Part shown: positions 48,498 to 58,790 of the stretch, one piece after another
Layout of the letters: each line of letters opens with the position of its first letter
Numbering within the stretch: the stretch's first letter is position 1
NCBI GenBank assembly: GCA_963663545.1
Contig: OY760505.1
Coordinates: 1,344,001 to 1,408,000 of the forward strand
Source of the DNA: Candidatus Delongbacteria bacterium
GTDB taxonomy: Bacteria; CAIWAD01
DNA length: 64,000 nucleotides
Direction: 5' to 3'
Program-made: the position numbers and the translations under genes
The notes under the pieces: generated by a model
What the model saw: only the letters and a program-made list of their open reading frames with translations
What the model was told of the DNA's origin: nothing
The model's database searches: none

Positions 48498-48762
48498 CGA
48501 TGGCACTCTTCTTTGCAAACGATTTGTCGCGACCAGCAACCCATGCTGATCCGCGACGAACTCAACTTTGCAATTCCCGCTCTAACTCAGTCGCTTCGCA
48601 CCTGTCACACAATGGGAAGGAGACGGATTCACAGCTCGCTCTTTGCTTTCTTTTGCCGTGCTCTTGCAGAATAGCGATGTGGAGGCCAGCTTAGCTGGCA
48701 CAGCCAATGTACCATTCGGGGATTCAAGCAAGGCAATCTCTGTAAAATCAAAGTGCTAGCTA

Positions 48763-50091
48763 ATGAATATCCGTAGCCTCTCACGAACGATTTCCAGTCA
48801 GTTCCCTCCGGAGCTACACGCGTTCGCTTACACTGCGCCATGGCTCGCCCGTATTCGCCGCTACGAATTTGCGACCGCCAATGAAATCGCTGCTTATCAG
48901 CTGCGCACCTTGAATCAAGTGCTGGCTCTGGCGTGGGAGATTCCCCTCTATGCGGACAACTTCAGTTCGGCGGGACTTCATCCAGGCCCGCTCAAGTCTC
49001 TTGATGAACTGAAGGCCTATCCGTGTATCACACGCGAAGGGCTGAACGAACTTTACGAATACCTTAACGCCAAATACCGTGGCAAATACACGGCCTACTC
49101 TTCCAGTGGCTTCACCGGAACCCCGGTACGAGTCCTCGAAAAACGCTTCCGACGCCACGGCATAGAGCAGGCGTTCTTGGCAAGCCTGCTTTCCAGAGTA
49201 GGGTATCAGCCCTACCGGCGGCAGCGCTTTGTCGTCTTCAAGATCACGGGGCCGGACAGCAGTGTTCTTATGCGGCAAAGTGGAAACCGGCTAGAAATTA
49301 ATCACCAGCGAATCAACCAGGATACTCTCAAGGAAATCCGTAGCCGTGTCGAAGCTTTTTCACCGCACTTTTTCCACGGCTACCCATCGACCTTGTCGCG
49401 ATTCGCCCGGTTGGTTGCCTCACAGGGAACCCGGATGGTGCTACCCCGACTTCGGGCAACTCTTCTTTCCTCTGAAGTCCTCACCGATTCCGATCGCAGG
49501 ATTGTCGAGGAAACATTCGGCGCGCGAGTGATATCCCTTTACGGACATTCGGAGCATGCCGTGTTTGCTGGCGAGTGCGAACATTCCCACGAGCTGCACA
49601 TCGAGCCATTGTATTGTGTGGTGAACCTGGAGAGCACAACACCGCGTACCGTTGGTCAAGAAATCATCGCAACTTCACTGATTGCGCAGAAGATGCCCAT
49701 CATCCGCTACCGCACCGGTGACTTCGGGAGCTTTGCCGAGGGCCCGTGTACCTGTGGTCGGACCTACACGCGTCTGAGAAATCTGGATGGGCGCAAGCCT
49801 GAGCAAATGCGCCTTGCCGATGGTTCCCGCCTGCCCTTTATCTTTGGCGAGTTTCAGTTTTCGAGCAATCTGATCGCCTTCCAGCTGGTACAGCTGAAAC
49901 CGGGACAACTGGTGGTTCGTGTGGAGCGAACTGCAGAATACAACCGCGAGAACGAACTCCAGCTGAAGACCTATCTGGAGAACAAGCTGCTGGGAATCAA
50001 AATTGCCTCCTTCGATTATGTGACACCAATCCTGATGACACGGGCAGGTAAACGGATTCTGTTCCTCGACTACTGCGATCAGGACCATTAA
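48763..50091 (+). CDS. Phenylacetate-CoA ligase-like / CapK adenylate-forming protein
   Basis: 'SSGFTGTP', 'GYPS', 'YGHSE', 'MPIIRYRTGD', 'CTCGR', 'GK'. Confidence 0.85.
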   Translation: MNIRSLSRTISSQFPPELHAFAYTAPWLARIRRYEFATANEIAAYQLRTLNQVLALAWEIPLYADNFSSAGLHPGPLKSLDELKAYPCITREGLNELYEYLNAKYRGKYTAYSSSGFTGTPVRVLEKRFRRHGIEQAFLASLLSRVGYQPYRRQRFVVFKITGPDSSVLMRQSGNRLEINHQRINQDTLKEIRSRVEAFSPHFFHGYPSTLSRFARLVASQGTRMVLPRLRATLLSSEVLTDSDRRIVEETFGARVISLYGHSEHAVFAGECEHSHELHIEPLYCVVNLESTTPRTVGQEIIATSLIAQKMPIIRYRTGDFGSFAEGPCTCGRTYTRLRNLDGRKPEQMRLADGSRLPFIFGEFQFSSNLIAFQLVQLKPGQLVVRVERTAEYNRENELQLKTYLENKLLGIKIASFDYVTPILMTRAGKRILFLDYCDQDH

Positions 50092-50233
50092 TCCTTTTCA
50101 GCTCTGAACAGGTACCGCCGTCCCCTCAGAGTGTGACCGATGCTCCTGTTAAACACCGTGTTGTATATTGCAGCGCTCTCTGTTGCCAATCGCAACTAGG
50201 CCGGGATAATAGCAAGCAGGTGAAAGCGTCCGC

Positions 50234-51598
50234 ATGAAGAATGCCCCCTTCGAGATCAGAGGCTGGAGACTCCTTCTCCTGATCCTTCTGGGCGTCGGGA
50301 TTTCCTTAAGCCTTGTACACGCATTAGCCTTCATTGGTGGAAAAAAATCTCTACTGCTATTGTATGCGGCACCGGGTTTGATGGCGCTCACACTGATCGC
50401 TCTGACAATGCTACGCCAGCCTCTGCACACCGCTATCATGGTTTTTCCCATCCTTTACCTGACATCACAGGAGTACCTGATAGTACCAGCCGCTTTGGGA
50501 ATTGTCATGCTAGCCCTCATTACCAATGTGGTGCAAGGAGGCAAGTACCGTTCCCCTGACATCAAAGAGTATGGCCTCTTCTCAGTACTCCTGCTCCTGG
50601 GAGCTTATGCATTCCTCCGCTCCCAGCATGAACTGCGAGTAATGATGTTTCTGGGCCAGTTTGTGGCGCCATTCGGTATGTACCTGGCCATTTCTTCCAT
50701 GAAAGCCGATCGGGAGTACTTCATCCGCGTGCTGAAGACTCTGCTGATTGTCTATGCTATCATCGGTGTTGGAAGCATTATCTCCAAAGTCATTGACCCT
50801 GCCGCTGAGCGCGTCGCTGGTTTCCCCTCCATGTCTGTGACGATGTTCGGATACACAGCGGCCGCCCTTGTACCGCTGGCGATGGAATTTGTCCACCGGG
50901 AGCAAAACAAGCGCTTCTGGCAGATTGTGCTCCTCCTTCATTTCATCCTTGTGCTGCTGACAAACTCACGGATGGCATTTGGAATCGTTTTGGTGGGTAT
51001 TGTCCTACAAATGCGACGCATCCGGAATTCCACATGGGTATTCGGGCTGATGGGGCTGGGCATTATTGGACTGGGCGCGGAACTGCTGTTCACACGTTTC
51101 ACGGCATCCGAAGGCATGATGGATATCAGTACAGCCGCACGTTTGATGGCCTATCAAGGTTGTGTTCGATTGATTGCGGCTCATCCCTGGTTTGGTGTCG
51201 GCCTGGGGAACTTCACGCTGCTTTACACGAAGTTCACCCTTATGCCGCTGAGTCACTTGCATCACGCGCACAACTTCTTCCTAAACAAGGCCGTTAGTAT
51301 TGGTATTCCCGGCATGATTCTGTACTTGGGAGCGGTGTTCGGAAAAACAGTGGGTGGATTCAAGATGCGCGGTCTATCCCTTCGCGCATTCTTCCAGGGC
51401 AGTTTTTCAAGCGACCCCTTGCTCTACGCAACCACTGTCGCGTTAAGCACCTATTTGATGGTCGGTTTGATCGACTCAATTTTTTTCTATGGAAAATGGG
51501 TTGTCTGGTTCTGGCTTCTTCTCGCGATACACCAACGACTTCGCAGTGACTGCGTTGAAACGACAGTGAGCAACACAACTGCAGACGGCGAAAAATGA
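50234..51598 (+). CDS. O-antigen ligase / Wzy polymerase family
   Basis: Multi-TM; 'LTNSR', 'HPWFGVGLGNF', 'HAHN'. Confidence 0.85.
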   Translation: MKNAPFEIRGWRLLLLILLGVGISLSLVHALAFIGGKKSLLLLYAAPGLMALTLIALTMLRQPLHTAIMVFPILYLTSQEYLIVPAALGIVMLALITNVVQGGKYRSPDIKEYGLFSVLLLLGAYAFLRSQHELRVMMFLGQFVAPFGMYLAISSMKADREYFIRVLKTLLIVYAIIGVGSIISKVIDPAAERVAGFPSMSVTMFGYTAAALVPLAMEFVHREQNKRFWQIVLLLHFILVLLTNSRMAFGIVLVGIVLQMRRIRNSTWVFGLMGLGIIGLGAELLFTRFTASEGMMDISTAARLMAYQGCVRLIAAHPWFGVGLGNFTLLYTKFTLMPLSHLHHAHNFFLNKAVSIGIPGMILYLGAVFGKTVGGFKMRGLSLRAFFQGSFSSDPLLYATTVALSTYLMVGLIDSIFFYGKWVVWFWLLLAIHQRLRSDCVETTVSNTTADGEK

Positions 51599-53547
51599 TT
51601 CGCGCAGTCAACTGCAGACAGCGTTTGCCTTTTGGCAAGCGTTTGAAACGGCATTCGATACGCGCACTGCGTCGTTTGCGGTTTGGCTTGTTGTCTCGAG
51701 AGGCTCGCTTGAGAGTCAGTGCCGATTTCCATACACAAGCTCGCTACTTCGGCCCTCTCGCATTGGCCCTTGAACACCTTGGCAAGAGCGAACGGAATGC
51801 GATCCTCACAGATTATGAGCGAATCCTGAAGGGCGACTTCAATCTGCTCCAGCTAGTCGTGAATCTGCCGCTTCGGAAGCTCAACTGGAGCCAGGACGTC
51901 TCATCTGGCTATTGCTGGGGACATGCCTTTTACGCGAAGCTCAGGACAATCGACCTGACAAACACCTCAGATGTCAAGTATGTCTATGAGCTATCCAGGA
52001 TGCAGCACTTGATACCCCTTGCACTTGGCAAGTGCCTGGCTGATGACGAAAAGGCTTGGCTCCTCTTCAAAGAACAACTGGAATCCTGGTGGAAGCAAAA
52101 TCCTCTTGATGGGAGCATCAATTGGACTTCTGCCATGGAAGTGGCTTTGCGGGCAATCAGTCTGTTACTGGCAGGTGAACTGTTTCAGGAGGACCTGGAT
52201 CGGGATCTGAGCTTCCGCAATCGCTTCTATTCCAGCCTCCTGGATCATGGGGATTACATTCACAACAACCTCGAGTACAGTCCGAACCCCAACAATCACC
52301 TAATCAGCAACTACTTGGGCCTCTTCATGCTTGGGCTGTGCTTCCGCACAATGCGGGGGAGCAGCAAGAAAAGAGCCGAGACCTGGCTGCGTACAGGAGT
52401 GGCGGGATTATCCACCGCCCTCAAGGAGCAAGTTGCTCCGGATGGGCTTTCTCATGAGGGATCCACTCACTACCATCGGCTGAATCTGGAATTCTTCTTG
52501 CTGGCTACTTGCGTTGCAAGACGCAATAAGGTTCAACTATCAGAGCGGTGGGATAATACTCTTCGCAGCATGTGTCGTGCGCTGTTGCTGTGTATCACGC
52601 CCTCGCAACAGCTGCCAGCCATTGGCGATTGCGACAATGGTCGAGTGCTGATCCTTGATCACTATTTTGATTGGCATTTCGAATCCTGCGACTGGGTGCT
52701 GGACCTTTCTGCCGCGCTGTTCCCTGATTGCTTTCCAGGTTCAAGGGCACCCTCTCTGTACAGTCAGCTCCTCTGTCCACAGGACCTCGTCGAGTCACGG
52801 GACCGCAAGCACCTACCCGAACCCGCACTAAGTATTCTTCCACAATCCGGCTTGATCCGGTTACAGCACAAGCAATGGTGGGCCCTTCTACGTGGAGGAT
52901 ACCTGCTTGAACGTGCTCCTACGGGTCACTACCATAATGATCAAAGCAGTTTATGTTTGTATCACGGTGATACAGCCATTCTGGTTGATCCTGGAATGGA
53001 AACCTATACCGGAGACGCCAGTGAGCGAAATCGTCTCAGATCCACTTCCATGCATAGTGTTTTCTGTTGTGAGGACCTGGAACAAGTTCCGCTTAGCGAT
53101 CTTGAGCTCTTCCGTTATCCTCTACGCAATAACACTGAAAGTGTGATGATAGGAAAAGCATCAGCCCGCGTCGACATTCACGACTACTTTCCGGGGTCGA
53201 ATGTCAATGTATCACGCGAAGTGCGCCTCGAATCTGATGCTGTGATTATTGATACCAGAGCTACAGGCGAGTTTTTGCATGGTCGGCAAGGACGATTGGT
53301 CCACATCCTTGCACCGGGAATCCAACCGGTAGAGATCCGTGGCGGAACTCTACGGCTTGCAATGGACAACTCTGCGGCCAAGACTCTACTGTGCGAGTTT
53401 CCACCGGAGCTGGGTGCGCATTGGGAAAGCGTGGACATATCCAGAGGATATGGTGCCCGTCAAAGGGCAACTCGTCTGGAGCTGTCCTGGACATGCGGCG
53501 CCGATAACAGAATTCGTGTGATCTTTCGCGACGAAAGAGCTGGCTAA
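51595..53547 (+). CDS. Heparinase II/III family protein
   Basis: 'DVKYVYELSR', 'MEVALR', 'NNH', 'E.STHYH', 'GD.DNG', 'GHYHND', 'DPG..TYT'. Confidence 0.88.
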   Translation: MIRAVNCRQRLPFGKRLKRHSIRALRRLRFGLLSREARLRVSADFHTQARYFGPLALALEHLGKSERNAILTDYERILKGDFNLLQLVVNLPLRKLNWSQDVSSGYCWGHAFYAKLRTIDLTNTSDVKYVYELSRMQHLIPLALGKCLADDEKAWLLFKEQLESWWKQNPLDGSINWTSAMEVALRAISLLLAGELFQEDLDRDLSFRNRFYSSLLDHGDYIHNNLEYSPNPNNHLISNYLGLFMLGLCFRTMRGSSKKRAETWLRTGVAGLSTALKEQVAPDGLSHEGSTHYHRLNLEFFLLATCVARRNKVQLSERWDNTLRSMCRALLLCITPSQQLPAIGDCDNGRVLILDHYFDWHFESCDWVLDLSAALFPDCFPGSRAPSLYSQLLCPQDLVESRDRKHLPEPALSILPQSGLIRLQHKQWWALLRGGYLLERAPTGHYHNDQSSLCLYHGDTAILVDPGMETYTGDASERNRLRSTSMHSVFCCEDLEQVPLSDLELFRYPLRNNTESVMIGKASARVDIHDYFPGSNVNVSREVRLESDAVIIDTRATGEFLHGRQGRLVHILAPGIQPVEIRGGTLRLAMDNSAAKTLLCEFPPELGAHWESVDISRGYGARQRATRLELSWTCGADNRIRVIFRDERAG

Positions 53548-53558
53548 GCAAGAAGCAA

Positions 53559-54683
53559 TCAAAGCCTCTTCTCCAGCAAAGAAAGCAACACGCGCCAACT
53601 CTCTGCTACCGTGCTTTCCCAGCGAAAACTCGCAGCGCGTACTCTTCCCATCTCGGCGAGCTCACCGGCCAGAATATCATTGGATAGCAGCTTATCACAG
53701 GCGGACGCGATCTCTCGCGGGTCATCTGGATTTGCCACCAATGCTGCTTTCCCGGCCACTTCCGGTAGACTGCTTCGATCACTGGTGACAACCGGCGTGC
53801 CAAAGTGCATCGCCTCTAGAACAGGAATGCCAAAGCCCTCATAACGCGAAGGGAAGACAAGCGCTCGGGCGCAGCGGTAGAGCTCACACAGCTCGTGATC
53901 CTCGACCGGCCCGACCAGTCGAACACTCTGCGAAAGGCTCAATTCTTGAATCAGACGCTCGATTCCTGCACGGCAACTATCTATCCTTCCCGGTATCACA
54001 AGTTGCAACTCCGGGTATCGACCTGAGGCATGTAACACAGCAAAGGCACTTATCACATTATCAAGATTCTTGTAGGGCTTCGTATTACCGACAAAGAGCA
54101 GGTAGTTCCCGCGTTCGCTAACGGGTAGAGCCGCAGATACGGAAGGCAAATGATCAATCCCAAGATGTGTCACCGTGCTACAGCACTCAAGTTGTGGATA
54201 ATGTGATACGAGATCCTTGCGCGTTGACTCACTGACACAGAACACATGGCTTGCTTTTCCTAAAGACAAGGTCACCGCTGCACGCTGTGTCAACCAGCGC
54301 AACCAGTTCCAGTTGCTCGACAAGGGGCCCTGCAACCGCGGGTAGTGCGACCACATCAAGTCGTGCACAGTAAGTACTGTCCGACCTCGAAAAAACACCG
54401 GGGCAAAAAAGAAGGGCGCAAACAACAGATTGATGCCGTCATTGTGCAGGCGACGGTGAAAGGCAAGAATCGTGTACGGATGCACATACCGCCTGGGAAC
54501 AAGGACCTGACGGCACCTGGATTCTGGGGAAAAGGAAAACACATGGTGTGTTACATACACGATCAGCTCAAGATCCGCACGCTGTGCTACTTCGTGAGCA
54601 ATTCCCTGAATCAAAGCCTTGCTGTATCGCCCGATTCCGTCGGGATGCGGCATGATTGCGCGACCATCAATGGCCAGGCGCAT
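53559..54683 (-). CDS. GT4 glycosyltransferase
   Basis: 'DGIGRY', 'TVHDL', 'PYKNL', 'EGFGIPVLEAM'; start MRLAID. Confidence 0.92.
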   Translation of the reverse strand: MRLAIDGRAIMPHPDGIGRYSKALIQGIAHEVAQRADLELIVYVTHHVFSFSPESRCRQVLVPRRYVHPYTILAFHRRLHNDGINLLFAPFFFAPVFFRGRTVLTVHDLMWSHYPRLQGPLSSNWNWLRWLTQRAAVTLSLGKASHVFCVSESTRKDLVSHYPQLECCSTVTHLGIDHLPSVSAALPVSERGNYLLFVGNTKPYKNLDNVISAFAVLHASGRYPELQLVIPGRIDSCRAGIERLIQELSLSQSVRLVGPVEDHELCELYRCARALVFPSRYEGFGIPVLEAMHFGTPVVTSDRSSLPEVAGKAALVANPDDPREIASACDKLLSNDILAGELAEMGRVRAASFRWESTVAESWRVLLSLLEKRL

Positions 54684-54742
54684 AAACGATCCTCCGGTTG
54701 GATAGTAACTTGCCTCTGCCAAGATCCCGGAGAAGCAGGTTT

Positions 54743-56002
54743 ATGACCACACCTATTCTACTTATCGCCTACGACTTCCACCCCTTTGTCGGCGGAGGTG
54801 GCGCAGTTCGCATGCTGAAACTGGCCAAGTATTTCCACCGGGCCGGGCGTGATGTCCATGTGCTTACTGGAGGTTTCGAGACACGTAACGCTGACGCCAG
54901 TCTAGGCAAGCAGATCGACGGGGTCACGATACACGTGGCCAATCCTGATCCTATTCAACCGGGTCTGGATGATGTGGTCGTCAGAACACCTGCCAAGCGC
55001 TGGGCGGGGATGCTGATTCGCAGTATTCTTCCCTTCCCGGATAACCGCTTTCGCTTTCTTCCGGCAATGTATCACAAAGCGAAGAGCATCATTCGGGACA
55101 ACGGGATTGGCATCGTAGTAATCACTAGTCCACCGAACACCATGAGCCTTCTGCTTCCGCTGCTCAAACACGCATTCCCAGATCGGAAGTTTGTGCTGGA
55201 TGTTCGCGATATGTGGGCGCTGGATCCACTGCTGGCCCCGAACAACGACTTCTTCAGATGGGAACAACGCATGTTGGAACGATACACCATGCGTCGCGCC
55301 GATCATGTAGTCAGCGTAACACCTGGTTACCACGCCTGGATCTGCAAGCAACTTGGAGGTGATACAAAAGCCAGTATCATAACCAATGGATTTGACGAGG
55401 AGGACTTCCGTATTGAAACGCTACCCGTGCCTGACGATGGCTTCGTTCTGGGTTACGCGGGAGCAATGGGGGGGCTAAGCGGTCCCCATTCTGTTGAGCC
55501 TGTATGCCAGGCACTTGATCTGCTACTTGAAAGAAACCCGTCTGTTCGTGACACACTGCGAGTCAAACTGATTGGCAATTGCGCCTATGCTGGACCCATG
55601 GTAGCCAGGCATGAGTGCGCTGACATGATTGAACTCGTGGGACATCTTCCTCACCACGAAAGCCTGCTCACATTAAGCGCGTGTCACGCCCTGCTTCACA
55701 TCCTTTTCGACCTTCCACTGACGGATATCATATACCCGGGTAAAACATTTGAATACCTGCGAATGATGAAGCCGATACTCGTCCTTAGCCGTGCAGGAAT
55801 TCTACGTGACCTGGTCCTGAAGCTAAAAGCGGGTGAAGCCGCTGACATCGGCAGTCCTGCTGCAATTGCGGACGCGATAGAACGCATGCTGGCGAATAGA
55901 ACACAGCTTCAAACAGCCTACAACCTCATCCCTGGAAATTATGAGCCCTTTGAACGCGGCGCGCTGGCGAAGCAATACCTTCAGTTGCTGGATAGTTTGT
56001 AA
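54743..56002 (+). CDS. GT4-like glycosyltransferase
   Basis: 'AYDFHP..GGG..R', 'TSPP', 'D.RD.W', 'ITNGFD', 'PGK.FEY'; start MTTPI after GGAG. Confidence 0.88.
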   Translation: MTTPILLIAYDFHPFVGGGGAVRMLKLAKYFHRAGRDVHVLTGGFETRNADASLGKQIDGVTIHVANPDPIQPGLDDVVVRTPAKRWAGMLIRSILPFPDNRFRFLPAMYHKAKSIIRDNGIGIVVITSPPNTMSLLLPLLKHAFPDRKFVLDVRDMWALDPLLAPNNDFFRWEQRMLERYTMRRADHVVSVTPGYHAWICKQLGGDTKASIITNGFDEEDFRIETLPVPDDGFVLGYAGAMGGLSGPHSVEPVCQALDLLLERNPSVRDTLRVKLIGNCAYAGPMVARHECADMIELVGHLPHHESLLTLSACHALLHILFDLPLTDIIYPGKTFEYLRMMKPILVLSRAGILRDLVLKLKAGEAADIGSPAAIADAIERMLANRTQLQTAYNLIPGNYEPFERGALAKQYLQLLDSL

Positions 56003-56043
56003 TACTGCCTCTGAGTTCCCTGTGATACAAATATAACAACGGG

Positions 56044-57180
56044 TCAATACTGCGAAGGTACAGTTACACCCTGTTCGGCAAGTACGCGCAAATAGCTGCG
56101 AATGAAACTCTCGCGGCTGAATGTCTGGGCCCACTCCGCAATTGCGACGCCGTCGAATCTTGACATGGCAGCCTCAAAGCGCTCGATACCAGACACCAGA
56201 CCAGCGGGAGTCTGATCCATGTAGTGCACGCCAGTTGGAGTCCTTCCGTGTGCATCAAGATCCACAACCGTCTCAGCGCATCCACCAACGCCGTAGGCAA
56301 CAACCGGTGCACCACAACTCATTGCTTCCACCGGGGCAATGCCGAAATCTTCTTCCGCCGGAAAGAGCAAGGCGCGACAACTTCGGTAGAGCTTGAGAAT
56401 CTGCTCGTCGGTTTGGTAACCAAGCAGCTCCACATCAGGAAGGTCTGCGGCTTGGCGTCGTAACTGCTCCAGTTGTTGGCCGCGGCCGACTATTTTCAGT
56501 TTGCGTCCCAGGATGCGACAGGCGTCAATGGCGTGATCCAGCCGCTTATAGGGCGATGCGGCGGAAACGATCAGATAGAAATCTTCACGGGCTACCCTTG
56601 AATCACGGCAGTAGTACTCTGTGTTGACGGGCGGATAAACGACATCCGACTCGCGATCGTAGGCATATCTGATTCTATCGGCGATATAGTGACTATTGGC
56701 GATATAATGGTCCACCCGATCTGCTGTGTCACGATCCCATCGCTTGATTGCTTCAGAAAGAACGCGCAGGCCTGCTGCCGCTGTTCGCTCCATATTGTGG
56801 TGATACATGTGGCTCTGTCCCCACACATAACGCATGGGTGTGTGACAATAGCAGATGTGCTTTACGCCTCGGGGCACCTGGATGCTCTTCATCACGCAGT
56901 GACTGGTGGAAAGCATCACATCAATCTCTTCTCGGACTTTCATCTGGCGAAGCGCGAAAGGCATCAGGGGAAAAGTATATCGGTAAAAGGAGCCAATACC
57001 CGGTAGTTTACTGAGGAAGGAAGTATGAATGCGGCATTGCTCAATTTCAGGAGCACAGCTCCCCTTAAGGTGCACCATTGAATAAAGCGGAGCTCCAGGA
57101 AACAGACGTGCCATTTCCAGCAGAACTTTTTCCGCTCCGCGCATACTTACCATCCAGTCGTGTGCCAAAGCTACTTGCAT
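56044..57180 (-). CDS. GT4 glycosyltransferase (mannosyltransferase-like)
   Basis: 'HDW....RGAEKV', 'CHTPMRY.W', 'YPPV', 'EDFGIAPVEAM'. Confidence 0.92.
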   Translation of the reverse strand: MQVALAHDWMVSMRGAEKVLLEMARLFPGAPLYSMVHLKGSCAPEIEQCRIHTSFLSKLPGIGSFYRYTFPLMPFALRQMKVREEIDVMLSTSHCVMKSIQVPRGVKHICYCHTPMRYVWGQSHMYHHNMERTAAAGLRVLSEAIKRWDRDTADRVDHYIANSHYIADRIRYAYDRESDVVYPPVNTEYYCRDSRVAREDFYLIVSAASPYKRLDHAIDACRILGRKLKIVGRGQQLEQLRRQAADLPDVELLGYQTDEQILKLYRSCRALLFPAEEDFGIAPVEAMSCGAPVVAYGVGGCAETVVDLDAHGRTPTGVHYMDQTPAGLVSGIERFEAAMSRFDGVAIAEWAQTFSRESFIRSYLRVLAEQGVTVPSQY

Positions 57181-57243
57181 GACGATTCCATTTGCTTGTT
57201 CTGCGACAAAACTAGCATTAGGCGGCAATTGACTCCTCGGGGG

Positions 57244-58110
57244 TCAGCGGCGGCGATAGCAGCGTCTCACGCGCGCCGAAACAACCGGCCACACGAGCAG
57301 TTGCAACAGAAAAAGAAGCGCCAAAGGCAACCACGGCTGGCAACTCATCTGCAGATGGAAGCCAACGCTACGCGCCAGCAGAAGCTCACCCCACAGCAAT
57401 AGTGTCACCAGCGGAACAGGCCAGAGCGCCTGCTGAAGCGCCACCAGCAAAAAGGGCAGCTGGAGTTGCAGGGGTGGCGCACCCCAGAGGGCGAGTAATT
57501 CCATCTCCGGACGCCAGCCCTCTAGCTGCGAAGTAAGTCCGCGTCGGACGAGAAAGACGATGATCAGCAGCAGAAGGGCGGTCAACGCGAGCAACACAAC
57601 CAAGGTGGTGTGCAATCGTGCTCCAAGATCGCCCAGTAGCTGTGTATCACTTCGTACCTCACTAACACCGGGTTGAGTCGCCAACCAGCTCAATTCCTTC
57701 TGCATGGCGGATGTATCACCACCAAGGCGGAGTGACAACTCAAGCGTGGCCGGAAAGGGATTCTCGCCAAGCATGCTCTCTACTTCACATCCAAAGGCCT
57801 TGCTGAACTCGCCTGCTGCCGCTTGTGGACTGAGAACACGCAAGAGCTCAATCTGCTCCAGTGAATCCACCTGTTCGAGCAAGCGCGTCAGGCGTGTATC
57901 ACCGAGCAGGTCTGCGTCTCCCGGCAAGTCGAGATAAACGTCAACCGGCACAGTGCGAAAGAGCACGGAAAGCAGCCGCTGACTGTTCTGCAATCCAAGC
58001 ATCAACTGAGATGAAATCAGCAACAGAACGCTGAGAGCCAGAAAGAGCAGCACGCTACGAGAGCGGCTTCGGGATAGCATACGCCAGGACTCACGAAGGG
58101 CAATCATCAC
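57244..58110 (-). CDS. ftsX: FtsX-like permease
   Basis: TM1, periplasmic 'VYL...LGENPFP', C-terminal TMs, 'L.GA....LQLPFL'. Confidence 0.7.
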   Translation of the reverse strand: MMIALRESWRMLSRSRSRSVLLFLALSVLLLISSQLMLGLQNSQRLLSVLFRTVPVDVYLDLPGDADLLGDTRLTRLLEQVDSLEQIELLRVLSPQAAAGEFSKAFGCEVESMLGENPFPATLELSLRLGGDTSAMQKELSWLATQPGVSEVRSDTQLLGDLGARLHTTLVVLLALTALLLLIIVFLVRRGLTSQLEGWRPEMELLALWGAPPLQLQLPFLLVALQQALWPVPLVTLLLWGELLLARSVGFHLQMSCQPWLPLALLFLLQLLVWPVVSARVRRCYRRR

Positions 58111-58790
58111 TCGTCCCCCTCCAGCGTTCCTTCTCGCATGGTGATGATCGTGTCGACACTCTCTTCCATGTGCGGATCGTGTGATACAAGTAGCACAGCG
58201 CTGCCACCACGAGCGCGATCATGAATCAGCTGCATCACTCTCTCACGGGCTTTCTGATCAAGCTCTCGCAGCGGCTCATCCAACAACATCAAGGGCGCCT
58301 GTGTCACAAAGGCAGCGGCGATTGCTGCCAATCGGGTTTGGCCCGCAGAAAGCCGCGACAGAGACTGATCTGCCAACGGAAGCAACCCAAGTGTAGTCAG
58401 AACGCGCACGCATTCGCGCCGTGCGGTCGCACGTAACACGCCACGTCCAGCGAGCAGAAACAACAGCAACTCGCGTGGACTCCGGTCCATGGGCAAATCA
58501 ATACCATTCCCGCTTAGCGCCAACTGCCGTCGCCATCGGGCAACACCCTGCGCCGATGACAGATTCAACACGCGTCCACGCCAGACAAGTACGCCGCTCG
58601 TTGCCGAAAGTCGTGCCGACAACAGCGAGAGCAATGTACTCTTGCCTGCTCCAGCCTCGCCACGTAACAGCGTAACACGCCCTGAGTACAATCGCAGGTT
58701 CACATCACGCAGTGCGAATCCTCCGGTGTATTTGTAGCACAAGCCGCGCGCCTCAAGCAGCAAAGAGACCTTTGTTTCATCCTGCGCCAT
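58107..58790 (-). CDS. FtsE-like ABC ATPase (divergent)
   Basis: 'GEAGAGKST', 'LSAGQ', 'LLDEP', 'VSHD'; adjacent to ftsX. Confidence 0.7.
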   Translation of the reverse strand: MAQDETKVSLLLEARGLCYKYTGGFALRDVNLRLYSGRVTLLRGEAGAGKSTLLSLLSARLSATSGVLVWRGRVLNLSSAQGVARWRRQLALSGNGIDLPMDRSPRELLLFLLAGRGVLRATARRECVRVLTTLGLLPLADQSLSRLSAGQTRLAAIAAAFVTQAPLMLLDEPLRELDQKARERVMQLIHDRARGGSAVLLVSHDPHMEESVDTIITMREGTLEGDE

